Shown here in pieces: positions 10,046 to 20,334 of a DNA stretch of 64,000 bases (the first letter of the stretch is position 1; every line of letters begins with the position of its first letter). Made by a program: the position numbers and the translations under genes. The stretch is from Elusimicrobiota bacterium (GTDB taxonomy: Bacteria; CAYTYR01; UBA6262), in NCBI GenBank assembly GCA_003153935.1, contig PMCA01000011.1, positions 67,912 through 131,911 on the forward strand. The letters run 5' to 3'. Below the pieces are notes generated by a model. The model searched no databases, had not been told where the DNA came from, and saw nothing but the letters and a program-made list of their open reading frames with translations.

Positions 10046-10594
10046 CTAGTTGCTCTGAGGTGTGCCATTGGAAACATAAATCGATGTTCCCGCTGCGGTT
10101 ACTGCTCCGGTAGCCGCAGTTGTGCACGCCGTGTTCACCCGGCCGGTGCCGTTGGACCAGATCACGTAATATCCTTGGGCATTGACATAAAAGCCATACT
10201 CCACGGCTCCCGCTGCCGGCGAGAACGGATCCATTAATTCCGCGCTCAGCATGATCGGGCCGTTGGTTCCCAGCACGTTAGTAGTATGGTCAACAGTCAA
10301 GTGCGTGGTCATCCAACCCGTACCGGATACTCTTGAACCAGTATACGCCGCCTGTGCGCCGGTATCGGTATTATCAGGATACTTGGCTAACCCAGTAGAG
10401 CGTGGCGCAGCCGCATAAGCCTCTACGGCAGTACGCAGGGTCGCCAGATTTGACCTGGCCTTGGATTTTGCTCCCTCGTCCTGCATCCCTCTGAAACGTG
10501 GCAAACTAATACCGATTAAAATAGCAATGATTGCCATCACTATCAGAAGCTCGATAAGGGTAAATCCTTCCTTGTTCTTAAAAGCTCTCATCAT
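10046..10594 (-). CDS. Probable major type IVa pilin
   Basis: KEG|FTLIELLIVMAIIAIL; start moved to ATG 10594 behind perfect SD AAGGAGGTG; followed by hairpin. Confidence 0.85.
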   Translation of the reverse strand: MMRAFKNKEGFTLIELLIVMAIIAILIGISLPRFRGMQDEGAKSKARSNLATLRTAVEAYAAAPRSTGLAKYPDNTDTGAQAAYTGSRVSGTGWMTTHLTVDHTTNVLGTNGPIMLSAELMDPFSPAAGAVEYGFYVNAQGYYVIWSNGTGRVNTACTTAATGAVTAAGTSIYVSNGTPQSN

Positions 10595-10652
10595 TTTTTT
10601 CACCTCCTTTCTTTTTGAAATATACCACAATTCACTTACTCTATTCAAGTTT

Positions 10653-11861
10653 TTACTTAACCACCTTCATCATATCAAACATCGGCAAGAAGACGCTGGC
10701 CAGCAGGAAGCCCACGGCCGAGCCCACCAGAATCAGGAACACAGGTTCGATCAGAGTAGTAAGCTTTTTAACGCTATAACTGACGTTGGTATCATAAAAA
10801 TCAGCTATCTTGGTGAGCATGGTGTCCAGACTGCCGGATTCTTCGCCGACCGCGATCATCTGGATGGTATCCGGCGGGAATTCCTCACTGATACGCAACG
10901 GCTCAGCGATCTTGCTACCTTCAGTTACGCCTTCCCTGACCCGCCTGATAACCCGGGCGATAATTTCGTTGCCTACAACTTTTTCCACTATCTCCAAAGA
11001 TTCCAGGATAGGTACGCCGCTGGCTGTTAAAGTAGCCAGGGTGCGGGCAAACCTGGCGATGGCTATTTTGCGGGCCAGCACACCCACTACCGGGACCTTC
11101 AACAGGTATTTATCAAACATCAGGGTGCCGGCGGGAGTGGCAAAATACCATTTCAGCGTGACCCAGACCCCGATAAAACCGGCGATAATTACATACCAGA
11201 ATTTCCGGACTATCTGGCTGAAAATAAATACTATCTGCGTCGGCATCGGTAATTTGACGCCGGCTTTCAGGAATACATCAACGAACATCGGGATGAGAAA
11301 GATGGACAGGAACATGATCACGGAGAACCCGACTATCACCAGGATGATGGGATAAACCATCGCGCCTTTTATTTTTTCTTCCAGGTCCGCCTGGTGTTCG
11401 GCGAAAATGGCCAGACGGTTCAAGACCGTATCCAGGGTGCCGCTGACCTCGCCGGCATGTACCATGTGGATCGTCAATTTATTGAAGACCCGCGGATGCT
11501 TGGCCAAGGCGTCGGAAAAAGTGCCGCCGGCCTCGATACCGCGGTAGACGTCCTGGATGATCTCCCGGAACTTGCGGTTTTCCACCTGTTTGGTCAAGGT
11601 ACGCAAACTGGTCAGTAATGACAAGCCCGCACCAATCATATTGGCTAACTGTACGTTAAAAAGGATCAGGTCCTCGTTCTTTACTTTGACAAACCTGTCG
11701 CCAAAACCGAGCTTGATCCCGGATTTTTGTTCCGTGATATCGGTTACAAAATAGCCGATGCTTCCTAATTTGGACGCCAAGGCTTCCCGGTTCTTGGCTT
11801 CCATCACGCCTTTTATCTGTTTGCCCATTTCGTCCCGGGCTTTATAAACGAAAACTGCCAT
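10653..11861 (-). CDS. pilC: Type IV pilus platform protein PilC (GspF family)
   Basis: FVYKARD, AGEVSGTLD, KIKGAMVYP, VGEESGSLD, LIEP motifs. Confidence 0.93.
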   Translation of the reverse strand: MAVFVYKARDEMGKQIKGVMEAKNREALASKLGSIGYFVTDITEQKSGIKLGFGDRFVKVKNEDLILFNVQLANMIGAGLSLLTSLRTLTKQVENRKFREIIQDVYRGIEAGGTFSDALAKHPRVFNKLTIHMVHAGEVSGTLDTVLNRLAIFAEHQADLEEKIKGAMVYPIILVIVGFSVIMFLSIFLIPMFVDVFLKAGVKLPMPTQIVFIFSQIVRKFWYVIIAGFIGVWVTLKWYFATPAGTLMFDKYLLKVPVVGVLARKIAIARFARTLATLTASGVPILESLEIVEKVVGNEIIARVIRRVREGVTEGSKIAEPLRISEEFPPDTIQMIAVGEESGSLDTMLTKIADFYDTNVSYSVKKLTTLIEPVFLILVGSAVGFLLASVFLPMFDMMKVVK

Positions 11862-11879
11862 TAGCTGACCTCGGCTCTT

Positions 11880-13583
11880 TTAATCTTCCTGGGTGGCCCT
11901 GATCACCTCGTCCACCGTGGTAACGCCTTGCAGAACTTTCAATATACCGTCATCGCGCATGGTTTTCATCCCGGCCAGCACCGCTTCCTTGCGCACTACG
12001 TCCATAGAGGTTTTCTGGACGATCAGGCTGCGGATCTTATCATTAGGCAACATAAGCTCGAAAATACAAATACGTCCCTTGTAGCCGGTACCCATGCAGG
12101 TCTTACAGCCTTTGCCATGGTATACCTTCACCCCTTTTTTTGCCGGGTCAATACCGGCCTGCTGCAATAGTCCGTCCGGTGGTTTGAATTCTTCCTTGCA
12201 ATTGGGGCAGATCTTGCGTACCAGGCGCTGGCCGATAACCGCCAGCACCGATGAGGAAACCAGGAACGGCTCCACACCCATATCTACCAACCGGGTAACC
12301 GCGCCCGGCGCGTTATTGGTATGCAGGGTGCTGAAGACCAAATGACCGGTAAGAGCCGCCTGGATGGCGATCTCCGCCGTCTCCAGGTCTCTGATTTCTC
12401 CGACCATCACCACGTCCGGGTCCTGACGCAGAATAGCGCGCAAGCCGGAGGAAAAGGTCAGCCCGGCCTTAACGTTGACCTGCGCCTGCCGGATAAGTTT
12501 TAACCTATATTCCACCGGGTCCTCAACGGTTATGATATTTTTATCGATGGTATTAATAACATTCAAGGAGCTGTAAAGGGTGGTGGTTTTACCGCTGCCG
12601 GTAGGCCCCGTCACCAAGACGATACCGTAAGATTTTTTAATCGTTTTATTAAATTCTTCCAGGACATCCGGCGCGAACCCAAGTTGTTCCAGCCCCAGCA
12701 GGGCTTTGGATACGTCCAGGATCCTCATGACGATATTTTCGCCGTAAATAGTGGGCAAGGTAGAGACACGCATGTCCACCTGCCGGTTCTCCACCTTGAT
12801 GCGGAACCGGCCGTCCTGCGGCACGCGTTTTTCGGCGATATCCATTTCGCTCATGATCTTGACGCGTGACAAAATAGCGGCCTGGATGTTCTTAGGCGGC
12901 GCCGGCACTTCCTGCATCACCCCGTCTATGCGATAACGGATGCGGAGCATGTTCTCTTCCGGCTCGATATGTATGTCGCTGGCTCCATCCCGGATAGCAT
13001 TCATGATTAGCAGGTTCACCAGTTTTATGACCGGCGCTTCTTCCGCCAGGTCCTGTAATTTTTTAGCCTCGATGTCATGTTCGCCAGTCCCGAGCAGTTC
13101 GCCTTCGTCCTCTTCGATCTTCTTGATCACTTCGTCCATGGTGCCGGTGACGCCGTAATACTGGTCGATCGCCCTTTTAATATCGCTGTCCGTAGCCAGC
13201 GCCGGTTCCACCGTGCAACCCGCTTTCAGGCTGACTTCGTCGATAGCAAAAACGTTCAGAGGATCCGCCATGGCTACAGTTAAAGTATCGCCGATCTTGA
13301 ACAACGGCACCAGCTGGTATTTCCTGGCAACGTATTCTGGTACCAGGTTGACCGTTTCCGGGTCCACCAGGTAATCCTTCAGGTCGACATGCGGTATGCC
13401 GAGCTGCTCACCGAGAAAACTGACCAGGGCCTCTTCACTGATCAGGTTCAGCCGCACTAACACCTTGCCCAGCCTCTCGCCGGATTCATGCTGTACTTTC
13501 AAGGCCTCATCGATCTGCTGTTTGCTTACCAGCCCAGCCTCTACCAGTATTTCCCCTAATTTTTTCTTCTCGCCTTTTACCAC
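11880..13583 (-). CDS. pilB: Type IV pilus extension ATPase PilB with N-terminal MshEN-type domain
   Basis: KLGEILVEAG...RLGKVLV repeat; ASDIHIEP; GPTGSGKTT; LRQDPDVVMVGEIRD; CxxC...CxxC zinc motif. Confidence 0.95.
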   Translation of the reverse strand: MVKGEKKKLGEILVEAGLVSKQQIDEALKVQHESGERLGKVLVRLNLISEEALVSFLGEQLGIPHVDLKDYLVDPETVNLVPEYVARKYQLVPLFKIGDTLTVAMADPLNVFAIDEVSLKAGCTVEPALATDSDIKRAIDQYYGVTGTMDEVIKKIEEDEGELLGTGEHDIEAKKLQDLAEEAPVIKLVNLLIMNAIRDGASDIHIEPEENMLRIRYRIDGVMQEVPAPPKNIQAAILSRVKIMSEMDIAEKRVPQDGRFRIKVENRQVDMRVSTLPTIYGENIVMRILDVSKALLGLEQLGFAPDVLEEFNKTIKKSYGIVLVTGPTGSGKTTTLYSSLNVINTIDKNIITVEDPVEYRLKLIRQAQVNVKAGLTFSSGLRAILRQDPDVVMVGEIRDLETAEIAIQAALTGHLVFSTLHTNNAPGAVTRLVDMGVEPFLVSSSVLAVIGQRLVRKICPNCKEEFKPPDGLLQQAGIDPAKKGVKVYHGKGCKTCMGTGYKGRICIFELMLPNDKIRSLIVQKTSMDVVRKEAVLAGMKTMRDDGILKVLQGVTTVDEVIRATQED

Positions 13584-13602
13584 TTTTATCCCCGCAGATT
13601 AT

Positions 13603-13986
13603 TTACTTCTTCATGCCTTGTTCAATGGTTTGGTTAATCTTCCTGATAAGTTCTTCCGGTTCGAATGGCTTGGTCATATAAACGTCGGCTCCGGTCTTAA
13701 AACCAGTCTCCTTATCCACTTCCTGCATGCGCGCGGTCAGCATGATGATCGGAATATGTTTATATTTGTCGTCAAATTTTAATATCCGGCAAACTTTGAA
13801 ACCGTCCATTTTGGGCAACATTATATCCAGGACTATCAGGTCCGGGTTTTCCGTCCGGGCCATTTCCAAGCCCTGGAAGCCATCCATAGCCAAGACAATG
13901 GTAAACCCAGCACTCTCCAAATTCATTTTCACTAATTCCCTGATCAAAGCGTCATCTTCAACTACCAGGATCTTTTTACCGGCCAT
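13603..13986 (-). CDS. Single-domain response regulator
   Basis: ILVVEDD...DLIVLDIMLP...YMTKPF. Confidence 0.9.
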   Translation of the reverse strand: MAGKKILVVEDDALIRELVKMNLESAGFTIVLAMDGFQGLEMARTENPDLIVLDIMLPKMDGFKVCRILKFDDKYKHIPIIMLTARMQEVDKETGFKTGADVYMTKPFEPEELIRKINQTIEQGMKK

Positions 13987-14005
13987 TGCTTCCTCCTCAC
14001 AGAAT

Positions 14006-14105
14006 ACAGTTGCGAGTTATTAAGTTACGAGTGAGCGAGTTTTGGATTAAATTATTAATTTATGAATACCCTAACTCGTAACTCGAAACACGAACTCGTA
14101 ACTGT
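14006..14105. repeat. Intergenic imperfect inverted repeat built of AGTTACG-like heptamers
   Basis: Left ACAGTTGCGAGTTATTAAGTTACGAGTGAGCGAGTT; right AACTCGTAACTCGAAACACGAACTCGTAACTGT. Confidence 0.75.
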
Positions 14106-14106
14106 T

Positions 14107-14472
14107 TTATTCAAGCAGTTTCGTAATTTTTTCCGCCAGGCTTAACGGATCAAAAGGCTTGGTTATGTATTCATCAGCACCGGCAGCCAGTCCCTTTTCG
14201 ATCTCGTCTTTCTGCGCTTTGGCCGAGATCATGATGACCTTGGTGCCCGCGGTCTCCGGATGGCTTTTTATCTGCCGGCAAACCTCGTAGCCGTTCAGAT
14301 CCGGCATCATCACGTCCAGCAGGACCAGGTCGGCTTTTACCTCCAGCGCCTTAGCCAGCCCTTCCCGCCCATTATGAGCGCGAATGATCGTAAACTTGTC
14401 TGGTTCGAAACTATATTCGAACAGGTCCAAGATCAAAGGATCATCATCTACGATCAATATTTTTTTTGTCAT
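14107..14472 (-). CDS. Single-domain response regulator
   Basis: ILIVDDD...LLDVMMP...YITKPF. Confidence 0.9.
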   Translation of the reverse strand: MTKKILIVDDDPLILDLFEYSFEPDKFTIIRAHNGREGLAKALEVKADLVLLDVMMPDLNGYEVCRQIKSHPETAGTKVIMISAKAQKDEIEKGLAAGADEYITKPFDPLSLAEKITKLLE

Positions 14473-14476
14473 CCTA

Positions 14477-17020
14477 TCAACCCATGATCCTGTCGATTTC
14501 CGCTACCAGCTCCTTGACTTTGAACGGCTTGGTTATATAGCGTAAAGCCCCCAATTCCAGGCCTTTCCTTTTATCTTCATCCATCTTGCGGGCGGAAATA
14601 ATTATTACCGGTATCCGCTGGATAAATAGGTCCGGATCGGCCTTCAGCTGCTTCAGTACTTCATACCCGTCCAGCTTGGGCATCATCACATCCAGCAGGA
14701 TCAGAGCCGGTTTCAATTCTTTCGCTTTAGCCAGAGCCTCTTCGCCGTCTATGGCCACTTTGGTGTTATATCCCTCTTCCGACAGGGTGATCTTGATAAG
14801 TTCAACTACGTTAGGCTCATCGTCAGCGATCAGGATGGTGCCGCGCTTCTTGCCGCCGCGCACACCCAGGGTCTCGCTGACCTTGGATAACAATTGCTTC
14901 TTATCTACCGGTTTATTCAGATAATCAACCACGCCCATCTGGCGGGTCTGGCTCTCTTTATCCTGTAAGATAGAAACTATCATTACGGGAATATCTTTGG
15001 TTTGGGTGTCTTCTTTGAGCGCTTTCAATACCTGGATGCCATCCATATCAGGCAATTTTATATCCAGGAGTATTAAATCTGGTTTGGCTTCCCGCGCTTG
15101 CTGTAATGCCTGGTACCCGGTCAGGGCCCAGATAACGTGATAGCCTTCATCCTCCAGGTATATCTTATGCAGGTTGAGGATGTCCTGTTCGTCGTCCACC
15201 AGCAGAATGGTTTTTTGCCCGGGTAGTGCGTGCCGGCCGCGGGCCTCACCCAACAGCTCGCCTTCACTGGAAACAGGCCGGAAAGCCGGCAAAGTAAAGC
15301 AGAAACGGCTGCCTTTGTTGGGCCCGTCACTTTCGGCCCAGACCTTGCCTTCATGCATCTCTACGATCCTCTTGACAATGGCCAATCCCAGGCCGGCCCC
15401 GCCGGTTTGCCGGGTCGATGATGAATCCACCTGGTAGAATTTTTCGAATATTTTTTCCAGTTCCTCCGGGGGAATGCCGATACCGCTGTCACTGATGCGC
15501 GCTTCCACCTGGTTCTTGTCTTTTTCAAAAATTTCAATGATGACTTTGCCGTTTTCCGGGGTGAACTTAAAAGCGTTAGTGAGGAAGTTGGCCAGTACCT
15601 GCAGCAACTTATCTTTATCGGCGTAGACAAAGGGCAGGTCATCCTGGATGATGGCGGTCAAACTTATCTTTTTCTGGTCGAAATGGGAACGCATGCGCTC
15701 GATCACGGTTTCCGTCAGCGCTTTCAGGCTGATCGAAGCTTTGTTCATCCGGACCTGGCCGGCTTCGATGCGGGAGAGGTTCAGCAGGTCGGTGATCAAA
15801 GTGGTCAAATGGTCGCTTTGCTCTTCCACGATCTTGAGGAATCTTTTCTGGCTATCGCTGATCTCGCCGGCACGGCCGGCTAGCATCAGGGCGGTATAGC
15901 CCTTTATCGAAGTTAAAGGGGAGCGCAACTCATGGGAAACCATGGAGAGGAAATCGCTCTTGGCCTGGTTTAATTCGCGTAACTTCACCACTAACTGCTG
16001 TTCCTGGGAATAAAGCCGGGCGTTTTCCAGCGCTACTGCGGCCTGGTCGCCAAAAGCCCGTACCAGGTCGATCTGGTGCTGCGTGAATTGTCCGGGATTC
16101 TTGGTGTAAAGGCAAAAAGCGCCTTTAGCCATGTTCTTTACTATCAGGGGGACGCAAAGCAGGGAAGCCATTTTTTCTTGCTGGACGATGGGATTGGACT
16201 GGTACGCCTCATCCCGGTTTAACTCCGGGATGATGACCACGCGTTTTTCCTGTATGGTCTTCCCGGTAATACTGTTATCTACCCGGACAGACTGGGGGTG
16301 AAGGTTGGTATCAACCCCGTAGCTGGCGCTGAGGATCAACTCCTGGCCGGTTTCGTTGAGCAGCCGCAAAGTACAGGCATCCGCCCTGGCAAATTCGGTT
16401 ATGGACCTGACGATAAAATCCAGCACTTCTTTCAAGTCCAGGCTGGCGCCCATCAAGGTGCATAATTTGATCAGTGACTGCAATTCTTTTTGCTGTAACC
16501 AATTCTCTTTTTCCACTTGTTTGAGAATGGTTATATCGGTGAAAAGGTAGATAGAGCCGGCTATTTTGTTCTGGCGGTAGAGAGGCAGGACCTTAACCAT
16601 GGTTTCCATGATGTGACCGCTCTTAGACCGGATGGTGGTTTGGATGAGGCGTTGCTCAGCGGCTTTGCGGTAATTGATCTCTGTTTTAAGCTTATCGCGT
16701 TCGGATTCAACTATCAATTCGGACAGGTTTTTGCCCCGCAACTCGGACGCGGTAAATTCCAGGAATCTTTCGCCGCTGTAATTGACAAAGGTGATGCTCT
16801 CAGTCAGATCGCAGGCAACAACGGCGTCCACTCCTTCGGTCAGAACGCTGGTGGCGATCTCTCTTTCCCCGTCCATGTCGCCGAAATCAAGATCAGGGTC
16901 CTCAGTGCGCAGGGCCAGCTTTCTTATGCCCCTGTTCTGCCAAAAAATACCGGCCAATAACACTGTGATGATACCGATGAAAACGAGCAAGAAGACATTG
17001 AAGACTTGATTGATGGTCAT
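14477..17020 (-). CDS. Membrane-anchored hybrid histidine kinase (PAS-GAF-HisKA-HATPase-REC-REC)
   Basis: N-terminal TM; VSHELRSPL; NFLTNAFKFT; DSGIGI; GAGLGLAI; two C-terminal receivers. Confidence 0.92.
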   Translation of the reverse strand: MTINQVFNVFLLVFIGIITVLLAGIFWQNRGIRKLALRTEDPDLDFGDMDGEREIATSVLTEGVDAVVACDLTESITFVNYSGERFLEFTASELRGKNLSELIVESERDKLKTEINYRKAAEQRLIQTTIRSKSGHIMETMVKVLPLYRQNKIAGSIYLFTDITILKQVEKENWLQQKELQSLIKLCTLMGASLDLKEVLDFIVRSITEFARADACTLRLLNETGQELILSASYGVDTNLHPQSVRVDNSITGKTIQEKRVVIIPELNRDEAYQSNPIVQQEKMASLLCVPLIVKNMAKGAFCLYTKNPGQFTQHQIDLVRAFGDQAAVALENARLYSQEQQLVVKLRELNQAKSDFLSMVSHELRSPLTSIKGYTALMLAGRAGEISDSQKRFLKIVEEQSDHLTTLITDLLNLSRIEAGQVRMNKASISLKALTETVIERMRSHFDQKKISLTAIIQDDLPFVYADKDKLLQVLANFLTNAFKFTPENGKVIIEIFEKDKNQVEARISDSGIGIPPEELEKIFEKFYQVDSSSTRQTGGAGLGLAIVKRIVEMHEGKVWAESDGPNKGSRFCFTLPAFRPVSSEGELLGEARGRHALPGQKTILLVDDEQDILNLHKIYLEDEGYHVIWALTGYQALQQAREAKPDLILLDIKLPDMDGIQVLKALKEDTQTKDIPVMIVSILQDKESQTRQMGVVDYLNKPVDKKQLLSKVSETLGVRGGKKRGTILIADDEPNVVELIKITLSEEGYNTKVAIDGEEALAKAKELKPALILLDVMMPKLDGYEVLKQLKADPDLFIQRIPVIIISARKMDEDKRKGLELGALRYITKPFKVKELVAEIDRIMG

Positions 17021-17056
17021 CTGTAATTATTACCTGCTTTTGAGAAAATTTTCGTT

Positions 17057-18490
17057 CTAGAAAATTTCCGAATACAGAGTCACCTGATTGCGTCCGTGAG
17101 CCTTGCCCCAGTTCAGCGCTTCCTCACTCATCTTCAAAAGTTCTTCCTTGTCATCCGTATCGCCGGGGAAAGTACCCAACCCCATGGTTATGGTAATGTT
17201 GATCACCCCGTTGGGAACAACAAACCCGTGATTTTCCACCAACTGCCTGATACGCCCGGCCACGGCCCGGGAGCCGTCACGCGGCGTGTTTGGCAGGATC
17301 ATGGCTATGCCGTCACCCTCAAAACGGGCGGCGAAATCGACTTCTCGGGTATTATGCATGCAGATCTTGGCCAGTTCACACAGGATTGTGTCGCCCACCG
17401 GATGGCCGTAGGTATCATTGTATACTTTAAAATGGTCCACGTCGAGGATCAGCAGTGACATTTCCTGCTTAAAGCGCTTGGCCCGTGCCAGTTCTTCGCC
17501 TAGTCTCTGGTTAAAGTATTTCTGCACGTACAGTTTGGTCAGGCTGTCAACGATGGTGGCCTCTTCCATTCTCTTGGCCAGGCGGATACTCTGGATCGCT
17601 GTGGCCATCTGATTGCCGAACAGCAATAAATACTTTTCGTCTTCAGCGGACAGCAATTGTTTGGAAAAAACGTTATCGATAGTCAGGACGCCAAGGTATT
17701 CGTCTTTGGTCTTAATCGGCAGGTTAATTATGGGTTTGTGGCGGATATCGTCTACCTGTTTGGAAAATAATGTATCGACTACTTCATTTATGCCGGGGCG
17801 GAGAGGATACTTGTACTCCTCTATCGAACGGACAGTGCCGCCGGCATCCACGGCCATTTTGCCGTTAAGCATATTCTTATCCTGGTCGATCAGGAACAGC
17901 TTGGCCCGATCCACTCCCAGGTGCTTGACGATATTCTTCAGGATTATTTCCAGCGCTTCGCCCAGGTCCATGGTGCGTACGATCGAATTATTGATCCGGG
18001 ACAAAACTAATAGTTCATCGGTCAGGTTCTGGTTCTTCTCTTGCAGGGAGGCGCCTTCGATGCCAATCTCGAATTTACCCACGAATTCCTGCGCCCGTTT
18101 CGTTTGTTCGTCGCTAAAAGGCGTTTTGGATACCATCATATCCGCCCGCAGGATAGCAATCACGCCGCTGTCATTCCTGATGGGCAGATAAAGGGTCAAC
18201 CCGTTATCGGCGAGCACGCATTCTTTTTTCCCCAAAGCCAATTCGCTGAGGCCAAGATCGCCGCTCTCGGTGGAGATCTTTTCTTCCAGGTTAAGCAGGC
18301 CCTTGCCGTCAATGATAAATCGGCTTTTAAAAACTTGCTCGTTCTTATCCAGGAGAAAGACCGTGGCCCGGTCGCAGTTTACATAGTTCAGGAGGGCTTG
18401 TAATCCTTTCTTCAATACCGCGTCTAATCCATTTTTGATATCTTTGAAGGCTTCTACCAGTTCTTCCCAGACCTTTTTCTGCTCGGCCAT
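17057..18490 (-). CDS. GAF-GAF-GGDEF protein with degenerate active site
   Basis: DSLTKLY, LDVDHFKVYNDTYGHPVGD; A-site reads RFEGDGI; RxxD I-site (REVD) retained. Confidence 0.85.
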   Translation of the reverse strand: MAEQKKVWEELVEAFKDIKNGLDAVLKKGLQALLNYVNCDRATVFLLDKNEQVFKSRFIIDGKGLLNLEEKISTESGDLGLSELALGKKECVLADNGLTLYLPIRNDSGVIAILRADMMVSKTPFSDEQTKRAQEFVGKFEIGIEGASLQEKNQNLTDELLVLSRINNSIVRTMDLGEALEIILKNIVKHLGVDRAKLFLIDQDKNMLNGKMAVDAGGTVRSIEEYKYPLRPGINEVVDTLFSKQVDDIRHKPIINLPIKTKDEYLGVLTIDNVFSKQLLSAEDEKYLLLFGNQMATAIQSIRLAKRMEEATIVDSLTKLYVQKYFNQRLGEELARAKRFKQEMSLLILDVDHFKVYNDTYGHPVGDTILCELAKICMHNTREVDFAARFEGDGIAMILPNTPRDGSRAVAGRIRQLVENHGFVVPNGVINITITMGLGTFPGDTDDKEELLKMSEEALNWGKAHGRNQVTLYSEIF

Positions 18491-18531
18491 TTGCTACCTC
18501 CTCGCCGAAATCACCTTTTCCAATTCATCTT

Positions 18532-18560
18532 AATTTAACATATCTCGACAATTTTGTCAA
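18532..18560 (-). promoter_or_regulatory. Putative sigma70 promoter for GGDEF-kinase-pilus operon
   Basis: TTGACA-17 nt-TAAATT with extended -10 TG. Confidence 0.55.
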
Positions 18561-18561
18561 T

Positions 18562-18603
18562 AAAAACCCCTAGCCAAATTTAAGCATTTTAGCTAGGGGA
18601 AAA
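18562..18603 (-). terminator. Rho-independent terminator
   Basis: CCCCTAGC...GCTAGGGG stem followed by TTTTT on minus strand. Confidence 0.65.
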
Positions 18604-18631
18604 TTACTATCGGGTCTATAGGACAAACGGG

Positions 18632-19405
18632 CTAATTACCCGCTTCGTAAGTCTCTATTTTTTGGAAGCGTTTGTTCATTTCGGCGAAGGTAGCGTCCAT
18701 GTCCTCAAAAATGCGTTTCAGGTCGTTGATCTGGTCTTCGTGCTCTATCATCTTATTATGCATATGTTCGACGTCGGTGCTTACCTTATGCAGATAGCGG
18801 CTGGTTTCTTCCACATTTTTGGCAAATTTTTCCACGTCAGGAGACTTGGCTTCCTTGGGCATCTTCGCCAGTTCCGTCATACTGCCCTGCACCTTGACAA
18901 CGTTCTTGCCCATTTCCTCTACCTGCCGCTGGTTGCCGGCCAGCGCGTCGTTGAAGCGGTGAGTCTTCTCATACAGGTCTTCGATCCTCTTATTCAGGTT
19001 GCTCAATAATTCTTTGTTGCTATCCTGTAATTTAGCCAATACTTCGTCAGCCTTGATACCGGGCCCGCTCTTCTGGGCGGTTTCCACCTGTTTTTTCATA
19101 TCGTCCAGACCCTTCTGGAAGGTGCTGATCTGGGCGTCCCATTTGTTCAGCCGGGCGTACAGGTCCTCCACTTTGCGGTTCAGGGTCGCGCCGATGTTCT
19201 TGCTTTCGGCGAACATGGCGTCAATGTCCTTGGAAAATTTCTTGAAGGCTTCGGGATCGCCGCTAGCCAGGTTCCCCGACTCCAGGGCCTTGTAGGCCTT
19301 GCCTAACCAGCGGATCAGGACGATGACCATGACTCCCATGACGAGCATCATGATGTTGTAAATTATCTCATGCCGTTCCACGAAAATCATTTTTAAAAAT
19401 TCCAT
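18632..19405 (-). CDS. Membrane-anchored coiled-coil hypothetical protein
   Basis: N-terminal TM, heptad-rich remainder; SD GAGGTG. Confidence 0.75.
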   Translation of the reverse strand: MEFLKMIFVERHEIIYNIMMLVMGVMVIVLIRWLGKAYKALESGNLASGDPEAFKKFSKDIDAMFAESKNIGATLNRKVEDLYARLNKWDAQISTFQKGLDDMKKQVETAQKSGPGIKADEVLAKLQDSNKELLSNLNKRIEDLYEKTHRFNDALAGNQRQVEEMGKNVVKVQGSMTELAKMPKEAKSPDVEKFAKNVEETSRYLHKVSTDVEHMHNKMIEHEDQINDLKRIFEDMDATFAEMNKRFQKIETYEAGN

Positions 19406-19419
19406 CTATTCACCTCTTT

Positions 19420-20274
19420 TTATTCTTCGAAAATAACGTTATCTATATATAAGGTGCTGTTAGTAGGCGTACCTAAATATTGCTCGAATACGACGGCGTA
19501 ATTACCATTCATCTGCGTCCAGTTCTTAACATCGGTAAAAGCCTTTAAGGGGATAGAAACTCTCTGCCAGGTGGTGCTGGCGCCGTATGGCAGATATTCC
19601 CGGATATCAACCTTGGAGGCGTTTTCACCGTCCCCCAGCTCGATCTCGAACACTTCGCCGCCTTTGGCGCCTTTTACGTAAAAGCTTACCCGGCGGAATT
19701 TGGTCAGGTCCACTCCGTTCAATTTGCTGTAATAACCGGCATAGCCGTTATTAACGTTGTACACCAGTTTCAGGATATATCCGCCTTCTTCATAAACATT
19801 CGAAGCGTTGCCTTTTTGGTAAGACTCCAGGCAGAAACCGCCGGTGCCGCCGAAGGTGCCGGTATAGCCGCCTAATATATTCCGTTTGGATGAATCGTTA
19901 AAATTATCCAGGATCAATTTAGCCGAAGGCGCCGGTTTGGGCGGAGCAACCGGTTCCGCGGGTTTTACCGCCACTGGCTGTGGTTCCAATTTAGGCGCCG
20001 GTTTGGGCGTTACTTTCGGCAAAGGCGGTATAGGCGTAGGTTTAGGCTTAATGACCACCTGTTCTATAGGCAATGGTTCTGGCACCTGTATAACTTTCGG
20101 CGGGGGCGTTGGCTCCTCCACCTTGGCCTGTTGGATTATCGGAGCGTTCTGGCTGGTCGAGACGGCCGTAGTAAAGAATATCTGTTGCACGAGGAAACGA
20201 GCGGCCTCCAGCATTACCAGCGAGTTGATGATAAATATGATTACTAACATGTTCCTGCGCGTAGGCATTCGCAT
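19420..20274 (-). CDS. Membrane-anchored Pro-rich protein with C-terminal carbohydrate-binding (CBM11/CIA30-like) domain
   Basis: TM, Pro-Lys linker, ILDNF...SFYVKG...WQRVSIPLKAF...LYIDNVIF. Confidence 0.65.
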   Translation of the reverse strand: MRMPTRRNMLVIIFIINSLVMLEAARFLVQQIFFTTAVSTSQNAPIIQQAKVEEPTPPPKVIQVPEPLPIEQVVIKPKPTPIPPLPKVTPKPAPKLEPQPVAVKPAEPVAPPKPAPSAKLILDNFNDSSKRNILGGYTGTFGGTGGFCLESYQKGNASNVYEEGGYILKLVYNVNNGYAGYYSKLNGVDLTKFRRVSFYVKGAKGGEVFEIELGDGENASKVDIREYLPYGASTTWQRVSIPLKAFTDVKNWTQMNGNYAVVFEQYLGTPTNSTLYIDNVIFEE

Positions 20275-20334
20275 ACCTCTAATAATAAATATGCCCTAAT
20301 TTTGTTAATCAGTCAATAATAATTTTAGCTTTTT

